A stretch of 64,000 nucleotides of DNA, from the NCBI GenBank assembly GCA_951406725.2, contig OX597834.1, positions 32,364,001 to 32,428,000 of the forward strand, written 5' to 3'. This DNA is from Octopus vulgaris (lineage: Eukaryota). The position numbers and the translations under genes were made by a program. Position 1 is the first letter of the stretch; each line of letters begins with the position of its first letter. Under the pieces are notes generated by a model. The model did no database searches. It saw only the letters and a list, made by a program, of their open reading frames with translations, and was not told the origin of the DNA. Below, piece by piece: positions 52,901-64,000 of this stretch.

Positions 52901-53200
52901 GTACCAGGTAAAATCTGGTGTTGATTTAGATTTTAATAGAAGACCCTTCTGAAGTATAAAACAGCAGAATCACCAACCCTCGGCGTGATTTGAACTCAGA
53001 ACATTAAATTAAGAAATAAGATATAGTTAGACATTTTAGACCCGGAGCAAAATTACTTCGTAATGTGTGTGTGGGGGGGGGGGTTAGAGGAAAGAAGAGG
53101 GGTGGAAGGCAAGCAGACATTTCAATACTTGTACACGCACCCAAACATATACAGGTATTCGCTCAACATATACACATATATACACCAAGCCCTACTTATA
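46980..53200 (+). repeat. Tandem segmental duplication, period ~3.35-3.4 kb
   Basis: Collinear matches 47385/50685, 47775/51110, 48288/51624, 48750/52120, 49450/52830 and 49755/53105. Block 48750-49410 versus 52120-52775 is nearly identical. Confidence 0.9.
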
Positions 53201-53474
53201 ATCGCAGAAGCGCGCACTCTCCTATATACATGCAAACACATACAATTAACATTCAATACTTGCATACCGAGATATATACGCATAAACACAGAATGCGTGT
53301 GTAAGAAAGAGTTTGTGGGCGTGTGTGCGTGTGTGTGTGTGTGTGTGTGTATGTCTGTGTGTGTGTATTATGTATGTATGTATGTATGTATGTATATAGG
53401 TGTGTCAAATAACCAAAGGTTTGGGCTCAGTATGTATTTATACATATACGTATGTATATATGTATAGATGTATG

Positions 53475-53557
<83 letters not shown>

Positions 53558-53914
53558 GTAGGTTGCCAACCAACAAGACTCAGGAGTCGGCTTCGTATAA
53601 ATAAAAATAAACGAGATCTTAATTGTTGGCCTGGAAACAACTCATGTGTGACTTGCTACGGTATGACACGAATTTCACAAAAACATACACAACCGATGCT
53701 TGCTTGGGTCACTTCATGCTTTCGTTAAACCACAAATATTTGTAAACAGGTTGTTGTTGTATCTCTTCAACTTTCTTGTTAACAACTAGGTTTGGTTTTA
53801 ATTACATGGAACCTGATTAATAAAGGATTGTGATATTTGCTTGGAGTATCTAGCGGTTAGGTGTTTTCGAACCCTCGCTGCAAAAGCAATTTCGAATCCC
53901 CCAAAACTACATAC

Positions 53915-53967
<53 letters not shown>

Positions 53968-53968
<1 letters not shown>

Positions 53969-54142
53969 CTACCCATAAGGGGCTAAACATAGAGGGGACA
54001 AACAGGGACAGACAAAGGGATTAAGTCGATTACATCGACCCCAGTGCGAAACTGGTACTTTAATTTATCGACCCCGAAAGGATGAAAGGCAAAGTCGACC
54101 TCGGCAGAATTTGAACTCGCTAACGTTTCTGCCAGCTCGCCG

Positions 54143-54144
<2 letters not shown>
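53968..54144 (-). mobile_element. Internally deleted family-B SINE inside (TA)n
   Basis: gaactc joins directly to gctaacg, a loss of about 45 bp relative to other copies; (TA)n on both sides. Confidence 0.8.
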
Positions 54145-54208
<64 letters not shown>

Positions 54209-56924
54209 CATAACTTTCTTTGATTTGATCACGATTACCTCCTCCTGATTCTTTTAAGTGCCCAATTTATGTAGAGAAGGGTGACCTAGTCTTTTGTGTA
54301 CAGAAACCTATAACATACACTTATACACACACACACACATATACACATACACACTCGTGCCCGGGCGTACTGCATGTTTCACGCGAAAAAAAAAAAACAA
54401 TTTTGCAGAGTGTCATTAAATAACGAGCGTCGAATGTAGGGTTTTTTTTTTTGTCATTTTAACAAACATTCTGAAAATTCGTGTTGGTGCTGTGTGACGA
54501 GGTTATGAAAACTTGTGTGAAACATTGCTAAAAAAATAAATAAACAAATAAAAAAACCTCATCTCGCTTTGTTGGCAGCTGCTGCCGCGCGCGCGCAGAC
54601 AACATACATGTAACCACATATATAAACAAACACACGAATACATACATGCACGTTTACACTTACATGCGCGCGCTCACACGCAAAACCACGCATGCATACA
54701 TATGCTTACACCTACTTACATACAAATATATACATATATACACACCGCTTTCACTTACATAATCATACACACACACATACATACGTACATACATACATAC
54801 ATACATACGTACATACATACATACATACATACATTTGGGTGAGAAACCGGCTCTTTATTGGCCTGAAATATCGAAAAACACCTAAATAACAACGTACATA
54901 CATATACATACGCACATATATACATACGCTCACGCACGCACGCGCGCACTATTATGTTCCGAATTCATTTGCCGCCCAGGTAGTCTTTCTGGCTTTATCC
55001 TTCATTCTTCTGGCGGAATTGGCTGGAGATCGATAAAATAAAATACTAATCAGTCACCCAATTTGATTTATATTCCTCTATAGAAAACGCGAATAGAATT
55101 ATAATGGAATACATTCCGAAAAAGAATAGAAACACGGCCGCACTCGAATGTGTACGCAGAGAATCGGTAACATGTACTTTAACGTATGGTTGAATAAATT
55201 ATGATAATCTTGTTATGCTTGGAACCTATGATCACAGCGACCCAGTCGTGCCCATCTCATTTCTGTGCTTTTTGCTATTTCATTTTCCTTTAGTATATAT
55301 CTGTAACAGATGAATAGAAGAAGCGCAAGGCTTGAAAAAATATAATTTTTCTTTTTTTAATAAAATTGGGGACGATTCGTTCGAATAAAACTCTTCAAGG
55401 TGATGCCACAGTCCAATGACAGATTATCCCATTCGTATTATTAAATATTTTTATTATCATTAAGGCGCGATTTGACGGACATTTAGCTGCGATTTCTAGC
55501 AGAGCGAGCGAGCGAGCGAGCAAGTAATTTAAAGTAAAAAAAAAAGACCGTATTGATGCGAATGGGGAATGTCAAGGACTAATTCGATTTTGCTCACGGG
55601 AAATCGATTCCCTGACATGGGGTTCGATACCTGATCGAAGCTCAATGCTAGAGCCTCAGAAATCATCATAAACAAAATACGCTTTAACTTCCTACAATTT
55701 CCGTAAACTAACCCAGTGATACCCCGGTGTTTTTGAAAGGGTGCTTGTTATGTAAGAAGAATCTTTAAACCTCAAACTTTTACAACAAGACATTGAAATG
55801 CTAATTTCAAAAATAAGATTTGATTTCGGAAATAATGTTTCTTATAAACGAATTTAATGACAAGTATAACGATTAGAAAAGAAAAAGACATTTTTTTCGG
55901 TTGATAAATCTGAATGCATGACAAGAAAATAATCTTAATCAGTTGGAAAGGTAATCTCACATATTGCGCTTTTTTTACGGGTAGTTCTGAAGTCGAAAAA
56001 CTTCACGGATACCGTGTTAAGGACCAGAGAGAGAGATAGAGAAAGAAAGAGAGAGATAGAGAAAGAAAGAGAGAGATAAAGAAAAAAAGAGATGTATTTA
56101 CCATGTATTTTTCGCTGAGACGGCTCCCGATTTTGTCGTTTTGTAATTTCACCGGTTGGCTGCTAAGTTTTCTTTGAGACATAAACCTGCCAAGAAGTTG
56201 CGTGAAGCGCAGGACATGTCGGGGTATTACAGGTGACTGCATGATAAGGGTACAAGCCTGGATGGGCAAAAGACCCCCTTTTTTTTTTCTAAATTCACCG
56301 GGGTATTTTTTTCTTTTCTTTTGGATGGGGCTTACCCCTTGGTTTCTTTTTTTTCTTTTTGCTCAGGGGGTACAATATATAGCAATAATTACATTTAGAA
56401 AAAAGAGCGGATATTGTTGCTTAAACTTTCGCAACCCCAACGAAAAATATCCACGAATGCTCAATGAATAAAGAAATAAACAAATCCCAGATTTGCCCAA
56501 CCAAATATAACCTCCTCCTTTAGAGGAGAGAAGCTGAAAAGTGTCTGTTAATGTGTGTGTGTATATATATAAATATAAATATATATATATGTATATAAGT
56601 ATACGCACTCACATACATACAAATATATTACATTATATATATGTATGTGTGTTTGTATGTATGAGTAGTTATCAGATAGAATTGTGTGTATTTATGTTTG
56701 CGTGCAAATACATACGTGCATACATACGTATGTATGTATGTATGTATGTGTGTATATATATATAGATATTACAAGAACTCAAGTATTGTTGATGTTGATT
56801 ATCACTATTGCGACTGCGGCTGCTAAAAGTGCGCGAAGCTTCGCTCGTCCTACTTTTGCAGTATTATGCATAACACACGACCGTGTCTGGCGGTGGCGAG
56901 GGCAGGCGTGTCGGGAGAACGGTA

Positions 56925-57300
56925 TAGTGATGTTGGTGGTGGCGGCGGCGGCGGCGACGGTCTTGGTGGTGGTGGCAATGGTGGTGGTGGTGGCGGCGGC
57001 GGTGGTGGTGGTGGCAATGGTGGTGGAGGTGGTGATGGTGGTGGAGGTGGTGGAGGTGGTGGTGGTGGTGGAGCAGTATGACGACGATATGACGTTGGTG
57101 GTGATGATGGTGGTGGTGGTGGCGGCGGTCTTGGTGGTGGTGGAGGTGGTGGTGGTGGTGGTGGAGTAGTATGTCGGGGATGTTTGTAGTTATATGTAGT
57201 AGTAGTAGTAGTAGTAGTAGCAGTAGTAGTAGTAGTAGCAGTAGTACTAGTAGTAGTAGTAGTAGTAGCAGTAGTAGTAGTAGTATTGGTGGCGGTGGCG
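56925..57300. repeat. (GGT)n/(GGC)n followed by (TAG)n trinucleotide repeats
   Basis: Directly visible; internally duplicated blocks. Confidence 0.92.
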
Positions 57301-57632
57301 AAGAACGAAGGTGAAAGTATAAGAAGAGAGTAAGGGAGGTGGGAAGTTCACACACACACCCTCCTCCACCATCACAACCACAACCACCATCATCTCATAC
57401 AATAAGTGTCTCCCGATTGGCCGTTGCTTTAACATCTCCTCCCTCCCTCCCATATTATTTTTAACCTCCTCCTCCTCATATGTCCCCTCACTACGATGAA
57501 GTATTATAGTTTTTTTTTTTCTTTTTCTTTTGTACTTTTTTGTTTGTTTGCAAGTTCCCATAATTGTTGAATACACGCGTAGAATAAGCATAGAGGTATA
57601 TAGGAAGCTGATGCGGGTAGCCTCTGCATGCA

Positions 57633-60119
57633 CGGTTGATCTGCTAAGAGTAGCAACAAAATTCCTCCCAAACCACAACATTTTGGAGAAGGGACAGAAT
57701 GGAGAATGCGGTCCTGGATGTATTGCCTCTAAAATAAGATGCAATGGTCATGACTGGAACGCTTTGGTCGTTGACCTGTTAAGAGCAGCAACCAAATTCC
57801 TTCCGAACCACACCATTTTGGAGAAGGGACAGAATGGAGAAGGGACAGAATGGAGAATGCAATCCTAGATGTTTTGGCTCTAGAATAAGATGTAATGGTC
57901 ATGACTGGAACGCTTTGGTCGTTGACCTGTTAAGAGCAGCAACCAAATTCCTCCCAAACCACACCATTTTGGAGAAGGGACAGAATGGAGAATGCAGTCC
58001 TGGATGTATTGCCTCCTCTAAAATAAGATGTAATGGTCATGACTGGAACGCTTTGGTCGTTGACCTGTTAAGAGCAGCAACCAAATTCCTTCCCAAACCA
58101 CACCTTCATCATTTTGGAGAAGGGACAGAATGGAGAATGCAATCCTAGATGTTTTGGCTCTAGAATAAGATGTAATGGTCATGACTGGAACGCTTTGGTC
58201 GTTGACCTGTTAAGAGCAGCAACCAAATTCCTTCCGAACCACACCTTCACCATTTTGGAGAAGGGACAGAATGGAGAATGCAGTCCTGGATGTATTGCCT
58301 CTAAAATAAGATGTAATGGTCATGACTGGAACGCTTTGGTCGTTGACCTGTTAAGAGCAGCAACCAAATTCCTCTCAAACCACACACCATTTTGGAGAAG
58401 GGACAGAATGGAGAATGCAGTCCTGGATGTATTGCCTCTAAAATAAGATGTAATGGTCATGACTGGAACGCTTTGGTCGTTGACCTGTTAAGAGCAGCAA
58501 CCAAATCCCTCCCAAACCACATCATTTTGGAGAAGGGACAGAATGGAGAATGCAGTCCTGGATGTATTGCCTCTAAAATAAGATGTAATGGTCATGACTG
58601 GAACGCTTTGGTCGTTGACCTGTTAAGAGCAACAACCAAATTCCTCCCAACCACACCATTTTGGAGAAGGGACAGAATGGAGAATGCAGTCCTGGATGTA
58701 TTGCCTCTAAAATAAGATGTAATGGTCATGACTGGAACGCTTTGGTCGTTGACCTGTTAAGAGCAGCAACCAAATTCCTCTCAAACCACACCATTTTGGA
58801 GAAGGGACAGAATGAAGAATGCAGTCCTGGATGTATTGCCTCTAAAATAAGATGTAATGGTCATGACTGGAACGCTTTGGTCGTTGACCTGTTAAGAGCA
58901 GCAACCAAATTCCTCTCAAACCACACCATTTTGGAGAAGGGACAGAATGGAGAATGCAGTCCTGGATGTATTGCCTCTAAAATAAGATGTAATTGTCATG
59001 ACTGGAACGCTTTGGTCGTTGACCTGTTAAGAGCAGCAACCAAATTCCTCTCAAACCACACCATTTTGGAGAAGGGACAGAATGGAGAATGCAGTCCTGG
59101 GTGTATTGCCTCTAAAATAAGATGTAATGGTCATGACTGGAACGCTTTGGTCGTTGACCTGTTAAGAGCAGCAACCAAATTCCTCCCAAACCACATCTTC
59201 ACCATTTTGGAGAAGGGACAGAATGGAGAATGCAGTCCTGGATGTATTGCCTCTAAAATAAGATTAATGGTCATAACTGGAACGCTTTGGTCGTTGACCT
59301 GTTAAGAGCAGCAACCAAATTTCTCTCAAACCACACCATTTTGGAGAAGGGACAGAATGAAGAATGCAGTCCTGGATGTATTGCCTCTAAAATAAGATGT
59401 AATGGTCATGACTGGAACGCTTTGGTCGTTGACCTGTTAAGAGCAGCAACCAAATTCCTCCCAAATCGCACCATTTTGGAGAAGGGACAGAATGGAAGAA
59501 TGCAGTCCTGGATGTATTGCCTCTAAAATAAGATGTAATGGTCATGACTGGAACGCTTTGGTCGTTGACCTGTTAAGAGCAGCAACCAAATTCCTCCCAA
59601 ACCACATCTTGACCATTTTGGAGAAGGGACAGAATGGAGAATGCAGTCCTGGATGTATTGCCTCTAAAATAAGATGTAATGGTCATGACTGGAACGCTTT
59701 GGTCGTTGACCTGTTAAGAGCAGCAACCAAATTCCTCCCAAACCACACCATTTTGGAGAAGGGACAGAATGGAGAATGCAGTCCTGGATGTATTGCCTCT
59801 AAAATAAGATGTAATGGTCATGACTGGAACGCTTTGGTCGTTGACCTGTTAAGAGCAGCAACCAAATTCCTCCCAAACAACAACATTTTGGAGAAGGGAC
59901 AGAATGGAGAATGCAGTCCTGGATGTATTGCCTCTAAAATAAGATGTAATGGTCATGACTGGAACGCTTTGGTCGTTGACCTGTTAAGAGCAGCAACCAA
60001 ATTCCTCCCAAACCACACCATTTTGGAGAAGGGACAGAATGGAGAATGCAGTCCTGGGTGTATTGCCTTTAAAATAAGATGTAATGGTCATGACTGGAAC
60101 GCTTTGGTCGTAGATCTGC
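57633..60119 (+). repeat. Satellite array of 18 x 135-bp units
   Basis: 18 occurrences of the actggaacgctttggtcg motif; period 135 bp (e.g. 59641 to 59776). Variants carry small indels. Confidence 0.97.
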
Positions 60120-60356
60120 ACGACCAGAGCTGATCGGTAGGCTATAGAACAACAGCAGCAACGTTTTCAGTGGTGAATCGGTCCCGGTTCGCACGGGTTT
60201 GTACGAACCGGTTAACGTAAGTTTCATGGACCTGCTCGGTAGAGTCCTGATGTTGGTCTCGTCAGAGTCAACTGACTCTGCCTTCTCTACTCAGTTGGCC
60301 ATTTAATGGTTTGATGTGAAAGCCAATTCCCGGTAATTTATGGGAAAATATTCTAT

Positions 60357-60722
60357 ACTAGCACTATGACCCGGCGTTGCCGGGTCATACTGCTAGTGCG
60401 TGCATATACAGCTGCGTGCATGCGCACATACACGCGAGTACTGTCCAAATCTCCGACCAATCACATACAGCTAGCTGGCATTCAATTGGCGTATCAAGTT
60501 CCGGGCATTTTGATTGGGTTTTGGATAGAAAATTCACAAAAAAGTCACTTCTATTGATTTTTTTAATGGCTTTGCGGGGTGACTGGGGAAATGTAAAGAC
60601 GTGCACGATCACCCTTGGACGGTTTTGAATGACCATAGAAAGAGCGAGCCCTCTAACTGAAAAATTGTGGATTTGTATAAAGGACACACACACACACACA
60701 GACATTTTGACATTTATATATA
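60357..60722 (-). mobile_element. Helitron-like element with a palindromic terminus
   Basis: Starts actagcactatgacccggcgttgccgggtcatactgctagt and ends cagacattttgacatttatata, the same architecture as 32114-32955. Confidence 0.55.
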
Positions 60723-61125
60723 CTCTTTACTCTTTTACTTGTTTCAGTTATTTGACTGCGGCCATGCTGGAGCACCGCCTTTTAGTCGAGCAAATCGACC
60801 CCGGGACTTATTCTTTGTAAGCCCAGTGCTTATCCTATCGGTCTCTTTTGCCGAACCGCTAAGTGACGGGGACGTAAACACACCAGCATCGGTTGTCAAG
60901 CAATGCTAGGGGGACAAACACAGACACACAAACACATACACACACACATATATATATATACATATATACGACAGGCTTCTTTCAGTTTCCGTCTACCAAA
61001 TCCACTCACAAGGCATTGGTCGGCCCGGGGCTATAGCAGAAGACACTTGCCCAAGATGCCACGTAGTGGGACTGAACCCAGAACCATGTGGTTGGTTAGC
61101 AAGCTACTTACCACACAGCCACTCC
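60723..61125 (-). mobile_element. Family-A SINE
   Basis: Near-identical to the reverse complement of 26008-26420. Confidence 0.88.
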
Positions 61126-61627
61126 TTTCTACGCGTCATATATCCATGCCCGTCGCTAAGGGAGTGAACTAGACAGCACTGCCCCATCACTATTCAACGG
61201 TATTTACAGCGAAACATTTATTTCGAAACAGTACTTTAGCATTATGACAAATTAGTAAATACCCAGGATATCCTGAAGCACTCCCAGGAACCAAAATCTG
61301 GCGACGGGCCTGAGCAGGCGCGGTCCCAGAAATTTCTCAAAGGGAGGGCACAAGGTCTGAAGGGAATACAGCTCCAGGAGAAAAGGGCATAATAACATTA
61401 TTTAGAAGGGTGCACTTCTTTTCTTGAGTGGGACACGTGCCCCTCATCACCCTGGGTCCGTCCCTGCTGAGTCTGTACCTAATCCATTCTTTCTGTTCGT
61501 TTAATTTGCATAGTCATAGCACCAACTAATTGTTGAGATGTTTTGCTGTCCCAGTCCTTAGATATCTCAGACGAACTTTAATGTTCAGCCGAGGTTCTCA
61601 TGCATTCATTAATAACTGATATCTATT

Positions 61628-62047
61628 ACCTATTTCTTTACTACCCGAAAAGGGCTAAAAACACAGAGAGGACAAACAAGGACAGACAAACGGATTAAGT
61701 CGATTACATCGACCCCAGTGCGTAACTGGTCTTTCATTTATTGACCCCGAAAGGATGAAAGGCAAAGTCGACCTCGGTGGAATTTGAACTCAGAACGTAA
61801 AGACAGACGAAATACCTATTTCTTTACTACCCACAAGGGTCTAAACACAGAGAGGACAAACAAGGACAGACAAACGGATTAAGTCGATTATATCGACCCC
61901 AGTGCGTAACTGGTCCTTCATTTATCGACCCCGAAAGGATGAAAGGCAAAGTCGACCTCGGCAGAATTTGAACTCAGAACGTAACGGCAGACGAAATACC
62001 GCTAAGCATTTCGCCCGGCGTGCTAACGATTCTGCCAGCTCGCCGCC
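61628..62047 (-). mobile_element. Family-B SINE tandem dimer
   Basis: A full copy (61815-62047) is fused to a 5'-truncated copy (61628-61815) at the gaaatac microhomology. Confidence 0.85.
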
Positions 62048-62377
62048 CTCAGATATGTAGCAACGTTTATCTTTTACTTGTTTCGGCTATTTAGATTGTG
62101 GCCATGCTGGGGCACCGTTCTGAAGAATTTTAGTCGAACAAATCGACCCCACTGCTACTTATTCTATCGGTGTCTTTTGCTGAACAACTAAGTTACGAAG
62201 ATGTAAATACGCCAACACCGGTTATCAAGCTATAGGGGATAAACAGATACACACGCGCGCACGCGCAAGTCTTTGGTCAGCCTGATGCTATAATAAAAGA
62301 AACTTGCGCAGTGGGACTGAACCTGGAAACATGTGATTGGGAAGCAAGCTTCTTACCAAAAAGCTACACCTGCGCTC

Positions 62378-62445
<68 letters not shown>

Positions 62446-62447
<2 letters not shown>

Positions 62448-62743
62448 GAAGCGCAATGGCCTAGTGGTTAGGGCAGCGGACTCGCGGTCGCAGGATCGCG
62501 GTATCGATTCCCAGGCCGGGCATTGTGAGTGTTTATTGAGCGAAAACACCTAAAAGCTCCACGAGGCTCCGGCAGGGGGTGGTGATCCCTGCTGTACTCT
62601 TTCACAACTCTTTCTCCCACTCTTTCTTCTGTTGGCCTGCTCGCTTAGCCAACGGGGTGGCGTCATTTGAAGGCTAAAACAATGCAAACGCATTGTGACC
62701 AGCGATGTGTAACAACATCTGATGGTCTGGTCGGTCACGTGAT

Positions 62744-62750
<7 letters not shown>
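62446..62750 (+). mobile_element. Family-C SINE head with a third type of 3' body
   Basis: Head as in 41034; diverges after about 62630 and ends in cacgtgatcacgtga(TA)n. Confidence 0.8.
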
Positions 62751-62799
<49 letters not shown>

Positions 62800-63380
62800 A
62801 TGTATGTATTATGTGTGTGTGTGTATGTTATATATCAAAGGTTAGTAGTGTCAGAGGCTGGAATAACCATCTAAGGGATAATAGTATCCATTTTAGTACC
62901 GGTAAAATTACCTATGTTAACCCTGGTCATAAATATGCAAAACATGGAAACATATAATGCTCATAAGTTACAGGAAATGACTTATCAGGAATCAAATTTA
63001 AAGTAAACAGAAAATTAACCCACCAATTAATATTTTTTAAAGTTTAGTCATTTATTCAACGTCCTGAAGAGTAACATATGCAAAATGGTATGATTTAAAT
63101 ATGTCAAGCCTCTCATCTTCTTCTCAAGGCTCTTCTTTTCTTTTCTTTTCTTTTTTCCTTTTATGTATTTTTCTTCACTCTGATGAAGCTCCATGTTCTC
63201 TACATCGGATGTGTTACCAAATATGATGAATATTATTTCCAGAATTTTCAATGGCAATACAGTGGGACATTGGAAGCAGAAACAGCTGTTAGATGGGATA
63301 CAGTTTATTTGTATTAAAAAAGTAATAATCGATGTTAGTCAATTGTTGCTGATCAATATTTCTCCATTTTCTGTTTACTT

Positions 63381-63458
<78 letters not shown>

Positions 63459-64000
63459 TTATGAGCGGTAATGGTGTCATTGAGACCTAGGGGTGCCAGG
63501 TAATGCTGAATAAGTGCTATAGATAGAACATAGTTAAGTTTCAGGTTCGGTGATTATGCGAATAAGGGGCTCAACGTTGGTCATATGTCAGCGTGTGTAT
63601 ATAAAAAAAATTTTATAATGAGATAAAAAACCAAGGCTGTGTAGATAGTCTTGGTTTTTTTTATCTCATTACGAAAAATAATTATATATATAAATATATG
63701 AGTGTGTGTGTACGTTATAAATGATAGCAGTATTAGTTCAAAATACCAATCTGTGTATCATACTTAAAGCAGATACATCGTTGAAAGCCTGATTAACTGC
63801 GGTATTCGTCTCTCCCAATAGAATCTCTTATAGATGTATGGTGTTAAAAACACAGAAATATAACAGTGGCAGACAAAAGTCTCCAACAGCGGTCATGTCA
63901 TTTCTAAATACGTATTTCTGCATCTTTTGGCTCCGATACTAGCAATGGCAACCGTATACTAAGATGTGTGTGTGTGGCGCGCGCGCGCGGTGTGTGTGTG

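Noticed and set aside
56684-57355. Poly-His, poly-Gly and poly-Val ORFs
   Set aside because: Trinucleotide microsatellite with no flanking domain or convincing splice context.
57633-60119. CRISPR array or zinc-finger gene
   Set aside because: No unique spacers; Cys/His spacing does not fit C2H2 and there are no TGEKP linkers.
63048-63370. Short non-repetitive ORFs near the window end
   Set aside because: No recognisable motif or consistent splice sites; cannot be supported without a search.

Overview
AT-rich, microsatellite- and SINE-dense eukaryotic DNA. The repeat families resemble those I recall from octopus (coleoid cephalopod) genomes, which is an inference. Almost all listed ORFs are simple-repeat or SINE artefacts. 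The one well-supported protein-coding gene is a spliced, minus-strand peptidyl-tRNA hydrolase (Pth/PTRH1-like). Four exons were reconstructed with canonical, phase-compatible GT-AG junctions (10880-10664, 10188-10089, 7221-7176, 5387-5187); the first exon was not located. The protein keeps the catalytic His/Asp but has replaced all three conserved active-site Asn residues and one conserved Asp. An intact tRNA-Asp(GTC) lies 1.8 kb upstream on the same strand. The rest comprises four abundant SINE families (several as inverted pairs around exons), MITEs, mariner/RTE/CR1/Penelope/Helitron-like relics, hammerhead-ribozyme-like cores, several fold-back palindromes, a ~3.4 kb tandem duplication with a near-identical hairpin-bearing core, and an 18-copy 135-bp satellite with a stop-free frame. 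Repeat boundaries are approximate, read by eye.
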